This document shows, one piece after another, positions 1 to 10,100 of a DNA stretch of 64,000 nt. A program made the position numbers and the translations under genes. Each line of letters begins with the position of its first letter. Position 1 is the stretch's first letter. The stretch comes from an uncultured candidate division Zixibacteria bacterium (lineage in GTDB: Bacteria > Zixibacteria > MSB-5A5 > GN15 > FEB-12): NCBI GenBank assembly GCA_963664195.1, contig OY760907.1:2816001-2880000 (forward strand), in the 5' to 3' direction. The notes beneath the pieces are model-generated. The model had not been told where the DNA came from, did no database searches, and worked only from the letters and a program-made list of their open reading frames with translations.

Positions 1-83
1 GTATCATCCATCTGGGCATACAGGGCGGTCGGCGCTCCAACTGCGAAGAGCAACAGGAACGCTGGAATCAGAATCCGTTTCAT
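1..83 (-). CDS. N-terminus of a secreted protein (runs off the window edge)
   Basis: Reverse strand reads MKRILIPAFLLLFAVGAPTALYAQMDD from ATG at 83, a Sec signal-peptide pattern. Confidence 0.6.
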   Translation of the reverse strand, partial: MKRILIPAFLLLFAVGAPTALYAQMDD

Positions 84-196
84 GGTCACATCCGTGTAGT
101 GGCAGGCGCATAATCGCACAACTGCTCATACAGATTATACTCGGAGGTGGTTTCCCCAGTCAAAATAAAAAGTCTTTGCAGACGGCAGGTCTTCTT

Positions 197-358
197 GTAG
201 GGTGGAACCCTTTAGCGGTTCCGCCGGAAACAGAGTCCGCCACAGGCGGACTCTGGCAGTTGTCGCAACTACAGGAGCTTCGACCTACAGCCGCTATCCA
301 GATCGATGGTTTTCGGGTTGTCTCTTGAGTCGTCGGACGGGGTCGTCCAACGACACAC
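197..358. repeat. Cluster of REP-like hairpins with GTAG/GTGT ends
   Basis: GTAGGGTGGAACC..GGTTCCGCC (197-225); CAGAGTCCGCC-ACA-GGCGGACTCTG (231-255); GTCGCAACT..AGCTTCGACCTAC (262-288); GTCGTCGGACG..CGTCCAACGAC-ACAC (329-358). Confidence 0.7.
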
Positions 359-377
359 ACAAGGGGGTAGACGGTTT

Positions 378-1229
378 CTACAACCGCACCAACTCTTTGA
401 ATCGCTCGGATAGTTGTCGCGTTATCGCCCCCGGTACGAACTCGTACCGATTGGCCCCGTCGGCAATGCATGATACGCCAACGATCAATTTCAGCGAACT
501 CGATATGAATATCTCGTCGGCATCCAGAAGACCGGCCAGGTTCTCGTCCCTTTCAGTGATATTGATGTCGAGACCTTTGGCTACATCAAGCGTGATCTTA
601 CGGGTCACGCCTTCGAGACACCCGGCCGAAATCGGCGGCGTGAATACGTTGTCGTCTTTTACCCAGAAGATGTTGGCGGATGTGATCTCGGCGATTTCGT
701 CATTACCGTTGAGCATGAGAGCGTCATCGAACTGCAGTTGTTTCGCGCGCTTCAACGCCGCCGCGTGGATAGCGTACGAGATGGTTTTGATTCGGCGAAA
801 CACCGAAGTCTGGTCAATTCGGTAGTCCGACACCAGCAGCCGGAACGGTTCGGTCGGCATCACGTGGGGAGAGGCCGACAGGATCACCTGCGGCTTGCCC
901 GGTACACCTACCCAGCGGGCGGCTTCGCCGGAGGTTATGGTCAGGCGAAGTTTGGTGATCCGGTCCGGGTGCGCTTTGACCGTGTTGATCATCCACTCTG
1001 TGAGTGTCGCTCTGCTGACCGGGAGTTCGAGATCGATAACATCGGCACCTTTGAAAAGACGGTCGAGGTGCTCGTCGAGGAAAATCACCCGGTCATCGAT
1101 AGCGAGAAACGTTTCGAACAACCCTTCCGCGTAAAGCAGGGCGTTGTCGAATACAGAGATTTTGGCTTCGGATGCAGGGACGGCGAGGCCGTTGATGGTG
1201 GTGACAGTCTTGAGATGACCGGCGGTCAT
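378..1229 (-). CDS. Class IV PLP aminotransferase, likely 4-amino-4-deoxychorismate lyase (PabC/IlvE-like)
   Basis: EGLFET, HLDRL, catalytic K in RIKT, EITSANIF, CLEGVTR; start overlaps the pabB stop (ATGA). Confidence 0.85.
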   Translation of the reverse strand: MTAGHLKTVTTINGLAVPASEAKISVFDNALLYAEGLFETFLAIDDRVIFLDEHLDRLFKGADVIDLELPVSRATLTEWMINTVKAHPDRITKLRLTITSGEAARWVGVPGKPQVILSASPHVMPTEPFRLLVSDYRIDQTSVFRRIKTISYAIHAAALKRAKQLQFDDALMLNGNDEIAEITSANIFWVKDDNVFTPPISAGCLEGVTRKITLDVAKGLDINITERDENLAGLLDADEIFISSSLKLIVGVSCIADGANRYEFVPGAITRQLSERFKELVRL

Positions 1230-2491
1230 AGGTGAACTCCCACGGCTTTGAAAAGGTTGCGTGCTTTCAGGCACATTTCATTGTACTCAGCCTCGGGATC
1301 GCTGTCAGCAACTATCCCGCCTCCGGCATGGATTTGATAGGTTCCGTCGTTATGTGTCAGGGTGCGTATTGCTATATTGAAATCGGCTCGTCCGCCGCCC
1401 ACGTGACCGATACATCCCGTGTAGACAGAGCGAGGGACGGTTTCCAGTTCGTTTATGATTTCAACCGCTCGTTTTTTCGGCGCTCCCGTGATGGAGCCGC
1501 CGGGGAGCATTGCGGCGAGGATGTCCGTCAACGAGAGACCGGCTTCGATTTGGGCAGACACGTCAGCCATGAGGTGGATCAGCGACGAGTATATCTCGGT
1601 GCGGAACAGGCTGTCAACTGCAACCGATCCGGTCGCTGCAACTCGCCCCAGGTCGTTGCGCACAAGATCGACGATCATGAGCAATTCCGCGCGGTCCTTC
1701 GCCGAGGCCAGTAATCGAGCGCGGTTTGCGGCGGTCTCTTCCGGACTGTTGCCGATGCCTATCGTCCCCTTGATGGGGGTGCTGGTGATCTGCTCGCCAT
1801 TTTTGAGAAGCAATCTCTCCGGCGACGACGACAGGATTTGGTACTTGCCGAAGTTCATGAAGGCACTGTAACAAGCCGGGTTTAGCTCCCGCAGTCGACG
1901 ATAGACAGCGAATGGATCAGCCTTTGATGACACGTCGAATCGACACGTGAAGTTCGCCTGGTAGATGTCACCCTCGTGGATGTGCCATTTGATCCGGTTC
2001 ACTCGTTCGAGATATTCATCACGGGGCATTGATTCAGTTACGGTGCAAGGCGCCGATTCGGCTTTCATATCGCCTGATCCGCAATCCCGTTCAGGGGCGA
2101 ACTCCTGCCAGCGATCATAGACATAGAAGTGTGCGTCGGGGACTGTCGGTGAGTGCGCCCCTGGTTTGACTCCCAGCCAGGGGAGAGCGGCCTCGTACGA
2201 GATGAACCCGACGGCCTTACGGCTCGGGTGCCTGTGGACTGCATCGAGTTCGGCGAAGAACCGATCCCTCTTGTCTTCGGTGATGTGGCCATCGGCAGAG
2301 CGAATTGTCGTGAGATTGTCTCGAAGGATCAGCTCGTTCAACGGATCGGTCGCGATATAGGACGTATGTCCCCAATCACCTCTTGTCTCTGAGGAGTCGA
2401 GCCAGACAGCGCCGGGCTGATCGGTGAAGACCGCGAATGCAGCTTCAGCGGTTTTCCCGCCCGTTTGTGATTTCGCCTTCGTGAATTCCAT
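1226..2491 (-). CDS. pabB: Aminodeoxychorismate synthase component I (anthranilate synthase I family)
   Basis: GDIYQAN, SSPERL, PIKGT, KDRAELLMIVDLVRND, PGGSITGAPK, NIAIRT, GGGIVADS. Confidence 0.9.
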   Translation of the reverse strand: MEFTKAKSQTGGKTAEAAFAVFTDQPGAVWLDSSETRGDWGHTSYIATDPLNELILRDNLTTIRSADGHITEDKRDRFFAELDAVHRHPSRKAVGFISYEAALPWLGVKPGAHSPTVPDAHFYVYDRWQEFAPERDCGSGDMKAESAPCTVTESMPRDEYLERVNRIKWHIHEGDIYQANFTCRFDVSSKADPFAVYRRLRELNPACYSAFMNFGKYQILSSSPERLLLKNGEQITSTPIKGTIGIGNSPEETAANRARLLASAKDRAELLMIVDLVRNDLGRVAATGSVAVDSLFRTEIYSSLIHLMADVSAQIEAGLSLTDILAAMLPGGSITGAPKKRAVEIINELETVPRSVYTGCIGHVGGGRADFNIAIRTLTHNDGTYQIHAGGGIVADSDPEAEYNEMCLKARNLFKAVGVHL

Positions 2492-2583
2492 GCTTGGAGC
2501 GCAAGCTACATTGGCTGGCGGCAAAGTCAAGCGTGTTGTCGACTCCGATTGACAATCGACGATTCCTGACCGTTCTTAGGCCG

Positions 2584-3801
2584 ATGGAAGCGCTCAAACT
2601 GATACTGATTCTGGCGGCGATTGTCGTGGCGCTGAGACGTCGGCTCTCGGTAGGAGTCACTCTGTTCGGGGCGGGGTTATTGACCGCGTTGCTGTTCGCG
2701 GTGCCGGTGAAGGATCTACTGGACGGCTATTGGGTGCTTATCAAGTCGGAGCGGTTCATCTTTCTCACTGCGCTGGTAGTGTTTGTTACAATTCTCGGCA
2801 ATCTGCTGAAAGACCTCGGGTTTCTGGACCGTTTGGCGGAGTCTTGTCGAGGGCTGTACGGCGGGTCACGAACGGCGGTCTCCACAATGCCGGGCTTAGT
2901 GGGGTTGATGCCGATGCCGGGCGGATCGCTTCTGTCGGCACCGCTAATCAACAGTGTTCTTCAGGACGAAAAGTACACGCCGCATTTCAAGTGTGCGGTC
3001 AATTACTGGTTTCGGCATCTTGTCGAATTCTCTTGGCCGATCTATGCCGGGCTGGTTCTGACGGAGGCGATAACCGGCATACCCATCGGGCAGGTATCGT
3101 TCCTGCAATTGCCGCTGACCGTGTTTACGTTCCTGATCGGGTTGGTGTTTTATGTCCGCAGGATCGACAACACTTCCGGGGGCCGACCTGCGCTGTTTCG
3201 CCCGCTGTTGGGGATAGCCAAAACGATCTGGCCGGTGGTTTCGGCGATTCTCATACACGCCATTTTCGGCCTCGACCTGATGATCGCGATTGTCATTTCG
3301 ATCGTTGCGCTGGCGATTGTTGCCCGACCCCCGAAGAATGTACTGTTGAAGTCGATTAAGCAGGGCTTCTCGGTTAGTCTGGTTTTTCTGATTTTCGGTA
3401 TTCTCTCATTTCAGACGGTTCTGGAATTGTCCGGAAGTATAGAGTCAATCTCAAACCTGGCCACAGCCTACAACCTGCCGCCGGTGCTGGTCATATTTAT
3501 TGTCATGTTCACTATCGGTGTGCTCACCGGCATGGTTTCAGCTTACGTTGGCCTCGGGTACACGCTGTTGGCCGGACTCTTGTATCAGCCGGAGATTCAG
3601 CCCGGATACATCATGCTGGCGTATCTGTTCGGCTTCATGGGCATGATTCTCTCGCCGACTCATCTCTGTTTGATTCTGACCAACAATTACTTCGGCAGTG
3701 ACCTCGGCTCGGTTCTAAAGACCCTCTTGTTGCCGCTGATCGTGCTTGGTATTAGCGGGTATCTGCTGTATCTGGCCGGTTGGGCAACGCTTTTTGTCTG
3801 A
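2584..3801 (+). CDS. DUF401-family integral membrane protein
   Basis: Multi-TM protein with GLMPMPGG..SAP, NYWFRH and SPTHLC motifs. Confidence 0.75.
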   Translation: MEALKLILILAAIVVALRRRLSVGVTLFGAGLLTALLFAVPVKDLLDGYWVLIKSERFIFLTALVVFVTILGNLLKDLGFLDRLAESCRGLYGGSRTAVSTMPGLVGLMPMPGGSLLSAPLINSVLQDEKYTPHFKCAVNYWFRHLVEFSWPIYAGLVLTEAITGIPIGQVSFLQLPLTVFTFLIGLVFYVRRIDNTSGGRPALFRPLLGIAKTIWPVVSAILIHAIFGLDLMIAIVISIVALAIVARPPKNVLLKSIKQGFSVSLVFLIFGILSFQTVLELSGSIESISNLATAYNLPPVLVIFIVMFTIGVLTGMVSAYVGLGYTLLAGLLYQPEIQPGYIMLAYLFGFMGMILSPTHLCLILTNNYFGSDLGSVLKTLLLPLIVLGISGYLLYLAGWATLFV

Positions 3802-3872
3802 TCCCGGGCTGATTCCTTTACTTAAGGCAACACTTCCGGACCTTGGACGAGACCGGCTGTGCCGGTAACGTG

Positions 3873-3899
3873 TTAATATGGTTTGTGTTACGCCGATAA
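3873..3899 (+). promoter_or_regulatory. Sigma28-like promoter motif upstream of the ECF sigma gene
   Basis: TTAA-N15-GCCGATAA versus the FliA consensus TAAA-N15-GCCGATAA. Confidence 0.4.
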
Positions 3900-3917
3900 A
3901 TCAGTTAGACTTAGTTT

Positions 3918-3946
3918 GGAACTTTCTTGGGCCTTACGGGTACTAA
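3918..3946 (+). promoter_or_regulatory. Putative ECF (sigmaE-type) autoregulatory promoter
   Basis: GGAACTT-N16-TACTAA about 30 nt before the ECF start codon. Confidence 0.6.
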
Positions 3947-3974
3947 CTAAAGAACCAGGAAACAAGGGTAAAGC

Positions 3975-4586
3975 ATGAGTAAGTCAGTCAAGCTAACGGA
4001 CAAAGAGATTGATTTCAGATTGATGAAAGCCATCCAGAAGGGGGACATGGTGGCGTTCAACGAAATGGTTGATCGGTACAAGGACCGGCTCATGAATGTC
4101 ATCGGGCGGATGCTATCCTCTCAGGAAGAGGCCGAAGATATTGTACAGGAGACGTTTGTACGGGTCTATCAGCATCGTCAGTCGTTCAATTTTCAGCACT
4201 GTTTTTCGACCTGGATATACACGATCGGGCTTAATCTTGCCCGCAATGAACTTCGCAAACGGAAAAGATTCAAATTCTACGACATCACTGACATGGAGGG
4301 GAACGAGGCTGAGTTTGCGGTGGACCCCAAACTGCCGAGTCGTCTTCCGGAGTTCTTGAACAAAGCGGTGAATACACTACCGGAGAAATATAAAATGGCA
4401 TTCCTCCTGCGAGATATTGAGGAAATGCCATACGATGAAGTTGCCAATGTTCTCGACGTACCTCTTGGGACCGTGAAGTCCCGCGTCAACAGAGCACGGC
4501 TGATGCTTCGTGATTTGCTAAGTCCGAGGATGGAGGAACAGAATGCGTTGTCGAAAAGTACGCTCCTTGCTCTCAATATATTGTAA
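3975..4586 (+). CDS. ECF RNA polymerase sigma factor (RpoE-like)
   Basis: AEDIVQETF, FSTWIYTI, GTVKSRVNRAR region 2 and region 4 motifs. Confidence 0.93.
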   Translation: MSKSVKLTDKEIDFRLMKAIQKGDMVAFNEMVDRYKDRLMNVIGRMLSSQEEAEDIVQETFVRVYQHRQSFNFQHCFSTWIYTIGLNLARNELRKRKRFKFYDITDMEGNEAEFAVDPKLPSRLPEFLNKAVNTLPEKYKMAFLLRDIEEMPYDEVANVLDVPLGTVKSRVNRARLMLRDLLSPRMEEQNALSKSTLLALNIL

Positions 4587-5238
4587 TGAGGAGCTCACTG
4601 GTCGGCAGCAGGTAGCGGTCCGTGAACACCTTGCCGGCTGCAGTGCATGCCGCAGGGAAGCCGCCGCCTTTGCGTCAGTCAGAGAGACCAGTCGGGAGAT
4701 GCCCAGGATGAGTGTCTCTTCCGATTTCAACGCTCAATTACTCAATCGCGTGGCCAGGGAGCGGTTTGCGGAGACGCGGACGCGGGCCTTTCTGCCTACC
4801 AAAGCCCCGCTGGCGAACTGGCGCTTGCTGGTACCGGCGATGGCGTCAGCGGCACTAGTGGTTGTTGTGGCAATCGGTGTGCTCACTCCGGGTCATGAGG
4901 AGTTTTCCGGTACGTTTGCTGTTGCCGGAGATCGTGCTGACGACTCTTATATGACAGTGCAGCCGAAGAACAATCCGAATTTGACTGCCAGCCTTGAGAA
5001 AGACTGGACACTGGGTCGTGTGGTTGCCAGATCTGAGCGTTTCTCGAATATAGCCAATTCTCTGACCGATCTGAGCGGGTTCGGGAATCTCCACCTGACC
5101 AGCCAGATGGCCAATCAGCGTCCGCGCAGTCCGTTCTCGAATCTGAACGGATGGTATCATTTCAGGGCGCAGCCGGTTGTCAGAGTGTATGAGGCCTCCC
5201 GTTCTGTCAGAACCGGGGAGGGTTCAAGGGCGTATTAA
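4543..5238 (+). CDS. Zinc-finger (zf-HC2/ZAS) membrane anti-sigma factor
   Basis: HLAGCSAC (HxxxCxxC), one TM segment, overlaps the sigma gene. Confidence 0.85.
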   Translation: MRCRKVRSLLSIYCNEELTGRQQVAVREHLAGCSACRREAAAFASVRETSREMPRMSVSSDFNAQLLNRVARERFAETRTRAFLPTKAPLANWRLLVPAMASAALVVVVAIGVLTPGHEEFSGTFAVAGDRADDSYMTVQPKNNPNLTASLEKDWTLGRVVARSERFSNIANSLTDLSGFGNLHLTSQMANQRPRSPFSNLNGWYHFRAQPVVRVYEASRSVRTGEGSRAY

Positions 5239-5239
5239 C

Positions 5240-6421
5240 ATGCTAACTCCCGTTTGGATGGCCGCCAGAGGGTTTGTCTTTGCAATCTTGATGGCGGTCT
5301 TTTTTTTCCCATGTGCACGGGCCGGTGATGGCTCGCTCTACGATTTCGAACTTAATCTTAACGATCTTATCTACGATCTGTCACGCTCGGTCGTGACCGT
5401 GGAGGCGTCACACGCTGTCCCTGCCGGACGAATAGGCAGTCGGGGCGATGACGTCCTCGAAAGCGTGATATCTTCGGGCATCGTTGTCGATACTCTCGGT
5501 CACATACTGGTGGCCGCCCAGACGGTGGTCGGACGGGAGCGCATCACCGTCACATATTTCGATCGAGTGACCTCGGCCAGAATACTTGCCGTCGACTATC
5601 AGACCGAAACGGCGCTGCTGGCGTGTCGACATCAGGGCGGCCGTCCGGTTCGATTCTCCGCGATGCATACTTGTGCCGGGCAGATGGTGGTTGCTATCGG
5701 CAACTCTTTCGGCATACGTTCGGCCCCTTCGCTCGGTTTCTGTGCCGGAGTGAGGGATGACGGCATGATGCAGTTTTCGGTGCCAGTTCCTTCGGGTGCC
5801 GTCGGGGGAGGAGTCTTTGATCTTTCCGGCGAGTTGCTCGGGGTTATCACCGGCGGTCTCGGTCAGGAGACCAGTGTGACCATGGCGCTGCCGGGACATC
5901 GCATCCCGGGGATTCTCGATCACTTGCTTGCCGAAGGGGACCGTGAGTCCGGTTTTGTAGGTATCACTACTCAGGAAATCGAAATCAGTCCGGGCATCCA
6001 ACTGTCGTATCCAAACTCGCTGGCCGGGGCGAAGGCTTCGGCTATTGACGTGATCGAGCGTGCCGTTGTTGTCACCTCGATCGTGCCGTCCTCTCCCGCT
6101 CAACGGGCGGGATTGGTTCTGGGGGATTTGATCTTTGCGTTCGATGACATAGCGGTTAACTCGGCGGCAGGTCTGGCCAGCCTGGTGCGTCAGACGCCTC
6201 CCGGACGTCGAGTGACGGTGGAATTGATACGGCAGAATCAATATCAGGCTCTGTCGCTCGATATCGGTCGCAAGGGAATGCAGAACATGTCGTCAACCGG
6301 CACCGTGAGAGTGAACGCAGCTTACAACGAACCAGCCCTGGCCGACTCTCTGCGCATGGTGATTCGCCAGATGAAGGATGATATCATTCGTCTGGAGCGA
6401 CAATTGGACCGACTCGACTAA
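5240..6421 (+). CDS. HtrA/DegS-like trypsin-fold plus PDZ protein, catalytic triad apparently absent
   Basis: SVVTVE, SSGIVVD..GHIL, GQMVVAIGNSFG, GGGVFDLSGELLGV, PDZ SPAQRAGL..GD; N-terminal signal or anchor. Confidence 0.8.
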   Translation: MLTPVWMAARGFVFAILMAVFFFPCARAGDGSLYDFELNLNDLIYDLSRSVVTVEASHAVPAGRIGSRGDDVLESVISSGIVVDTLGHILVAAQTVVGRERITVTYFDRVTSARILAVDYQTETALLACRHQGGRPVRFSAMHTCAGQMVVAIGNSFGIRSAPSLGFCAGVRDDGMMQFSVPVPSGAVGGGVFDLSGELLGVITGGLGQETSVTMALPGHRIPGILDHLLAEGDRESGFVGITTQEIEISPGIQLSYPNSLAGAKASAIDVIERAVVVTSIVPSSPAQRAGLVLGDLIFAFDDIAVNSAAGLASLVRQTPPGRRVTVELIRQNQYQALSLDIGRKGMQNMSSTGTVRVNAAYNEPALADSLRMVIRQMKDDIIRLERQLDRLD

Positions 6422-6465
6422 GTTTAGGATTGCCAACAGCATGGGAAGGTCCTTACATTCCCGCC

Positions 6466-7134
6466 ATGAACCTCAGCCTGGAAATCGACGGCTTCCGCGA
6501 ACGCGTTGAGACCTTCGCCCCGCAATCAGACATCACGCCTCGAATTCTGGCCTTCTATTCTGCTTCGATAGCAATTTCCGATCAGGAGATCATGTCCGCC
6601 GTCATATCGCTCGCGCGCCGCCGTGAGGTCACGCAGGATCAGTTATATGAGGTCGTTCTTCAGTCATACCTGTTCCTCGGGTTTCCCCGGATGCTGATGG
6701 CGGCGGATTGTCTCGCCTCAGTCACGGGTGACAAGCGTTTACCACTCTCAGAGCTGGTGGTATCGGGAGAACAGGCGACGAACTGGTCCGGACGCGGCAT
6801 TGAGCTGTGTAAGAAGGTGTACGACAACAACTACGTCAGGCTCAAGTCGCGCGTCGAGGTTATGGCACCAGAGATTTTCCAATGGATGATTTTCGAGGGG
6901 TACGGCAAGGTTCTGTCCCGACCGGGGTTGGACATTGTCAGCCGTGAGATGTGTATTGTCTCCTGTCTGACGATTGAGGACATGCCCTCACAGCTGCATT
7001 CCCATATGCGCGGTGCGCTGAACGTGGGTGCTCCCGAGAGTCTGCTCAGACAGGTGATAGAAGACGTCGGCGAGTCGGCCGGTCACGGGTATGCGACTGC
7101 GCAGAACATACTCGGCAAACTGGGAGTGGTGTGA
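6466..7134 (+). CDS. Carboxymuconolactone decarboxylase (CMD/AhpD-like) family protein
   Basis: EVVLQSYLFLGFP, YGKVLSRPGL..RE, QLHSHMRGALNVG. Confidence 0.8.
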   Translation: MNLSLEIDGFRERVETFAPQSDITPRILAFYSASIAISDQEIMSAVISLARRREVTQDQLYEVVLQSYLFLGFPRMLMAADCLASVTGDKRLPLSELVVSGEQATNWSGRGIELCKKVYDNNYVRLKSRVEVMAPEIFQWMIFEGYGKVLSRPGLDIVSREMCIVSCLTIEDMPSQLHSHMRGALNVGAPESLLRQVIEDVGESAGHGYATAQNILGKLGVV

Positions 7135-10100
7135 TGCGGTGGGTGAAGATCATCGCCATCAGTCTGATCAGCCTTTTTTTGCTGACGGTGATTGTCGGGT
7201 ATGTGTACCTGGTGCCGTTCGATGGATTCGAGAGCATCGTGCTCGGCCAGGTTCGCGGAGCACTGGGGTCGGACTCGCCGGTGGAGGTCGAAGTCGGCGA
7301 CATCAGCGGCTGGCTTGTCAACGGTGCCGAGATCGAAAACCTTTCGGTCTTTTATCACGATTCTACACGATTTTACCGTATGCTTTCTCTCAGGCGTGTG
7401 ACCGCGGAGTACTCGGTATTCGACCTGATGAACGGGCGGTTGTTGTTTGACCATCTGGTTCTCGACAGTCTGGACATCCTCGCTACCAAAGACGGCGATG
7501 GTCAGTGGATTGTCCCGCTGCCTCCGGTAGGAGGAGGGAGAGGAGATTCGGGCACGGCTCCAATACTGGGTATCGACCGGCTGGAGATAAACAACTCCCG
7601 TTTGCGAGCGGTCAAATCCGAGGATGATACGGTCTCCGTTACAGACCTGAATCTTTCGGCCTCGATACAGGCCGAGGAAAAGACGTACTCGTTGGAGCTT
7701 AAGACGCTTGGTTTCGTCTCTTCGGTTGGCCCTGTCGGAGAATCTGAGATAGCCGGTGTTGCGACATTCTCAGGCGGAAACCTCGTGTTCCAGGACTTCC
7801 AGATTGTGCGAGGGGACACGCGACTCAAGCTCAGCGGATCATACAGTATCAACGATACGGCTGGCGCGGCCGAGGTAACATTGGACCAAATCGATCTGGC
7901 CGAGGTCAGCGCGATGTTTGGTGCCAAGCTGAACGGTCGGGTAGATCTCAGTGGCACCGTTGCCTATGCGGAGGGCAAGCTGTCGGGGCGGGCGCACATC
8001 GGGGGGGATTTCCTGTTTGCCAGTCTGGAGAACCTGTTTGCGGAATTCCGGTTTGAAGATAGGCACTTGTATTTTGATACGTTGTACGGGACCATTCTCG
8101 GCTCGTGCGGTATTGACGGCTCTGCCGAGGTGAGATTCACGCCTCCGATGGAAACCTACGAAATCCATGCCAGCGTCAAGAACTTCAACCTCAACAACAT
8201 CGTTGCGAACACTTTCCCGTCTGATCTCTCCGGTTCACTTGCGCTCGATGGTCAGTCGTTTAGTAATAAGGATTTGTTGCTGAAGTTCGACGTTGACCTG
8301 CGGGAATCGTCGTTCGACGAGTATCCGCTTCATCATGCCTACGGCCCGGTTCATGTCACTACCGACTCGCTGATGTTTCCAGAGCCGTTCACGGTCGACT
8401 ATTTTGAGAACACGTTTACTACTACCGGCACCATTGATTACGATGAGGACATGCTGTTGTATGTCGACGCTGACCTGGCGAATCTGGACAGGTACCGCGG
8501 GAAGCTTTTCATAGATCAGCCCGGGGGACACGGTACGGGTGCGGCGATTCTCTCCGGACGTACTTCTGATCCTGACTTGAACGGTTGGTTTAGCTCGGAT
8601 TCGCTCTGGGTTTACGGTCTGTATGCGGACAGTTGTTATAGTCGCTTCGATATTGATCGCTTTCTGACCGGTCGAGAGGGGGAAGTGACAGTGGACCTGC
8701 TGTCCGGGGCGGCCTGGCAGGTGCCGTATGATACCGGCTACGCGCACATCACGCTCGATTCCGAAATCGTGTATATTGACTCGGTTGGATTCAACTCTGA
8801 GGTAGCTGTACTGGCTGCCGGTGGTATGCTGGATCAGGGGGCCTATCCCTGGAGCCTGACTGTGGACACTGCGACGCTGGCAGTGCTCGATCGACATTTC
8901 TTCAACCGTGGGCAGATGCGGGTTGTAATCGACACCCTCGGTTTTGATTTGAAGGGAACGACGATGGGCAGGGATGCCGCCGTGCTGTTTGCCAATGGTC
9001 GGGTTGATTATGACGAATCAATGCTGATGGCACTCAAGGTCAACAGCATCCCGATAGCGCCCTGGCTTCACCTTCTATACCCGGCACTTGATGCGGACGG
9101 TTACCTTTCGGGTGAAGCTTATCTGTCAGGCGATTTCAGCAGTCCGCAGTTTTCGGTTGCAGGCTCAATAGACTCCATGGTGTACCGTGGTGTCAGCCTG
9201 GGTGACCTCTCCTTGTCGGCGAGATACAGCGAGCGTCTGGTGACAATCGATTCTCTGTTGGTGTATGCTCATCCGGGACTATATCGGGCCAACGGCCAGT
9301 TTTTTGCCGACCTCGCGTTTGTGGCACAGGACAGGGAACGTCTGCCGGATCTCCCGTTTGATATTTTCGTAACGGCTACCGATCAGCGTTTTGATCTGGT
9401 CAGTCTTTTCCTTCCGTCAGTTGAAGACATGAGTGGTGACCTGTTTGCGGACTTCAGGTTAAGCGGTACGCCCGGTGAGCCGCATCTCGACGGTGAGGCG
9501 TTTCTCCGAAACGGAGAACTGAAGTATTTCGATCTGGCCAATCGCATCCAGACGGATTCTGCCGGTGTCACGATGAAGGACGACATTATCGAGGTGAATA
9601 GTGTCAGAGTTTTCGTTAAGGACATGCCGGAGAGCTATGCGCTGATCAATGGCAACCTCAGGGTGAAGACGCTTGACACGTTGTTCTACAACCTGACTAT
9701 AAACATCCCTAACGAGATGCCTTTCAAGTACGAACTTGATGATATTGAAGGTGTGGTCAAGGAAGGCAACCTGACCGTGCTCGGAGACACTCCGCCGACA
9801 GTGCTCGGCAATCTCACCGTTTCTGAGGTACGGTATCGTGCCGAGTTCACTACGGAAGAAGCCGGCTCTCCGGTCATGATTGCTCTCTCCGGTGAAAACC
9901 TGTGGGACTTGAATATCAATATCGATATCCCATCGAGGTATTGGATCAAGAACCAGGACATCGACGCTGAATTCTCAGGCTACATCAATCTGATTCGTGA
10001 CAACGGCAAGTACCGTTTTATCGGTGAGCTGGAAATCCTCCGGGGCAAAGGTTTCCTTTTTGACAAGACATTCAGGATAGAACCCGGCAGCCAGGTGACA

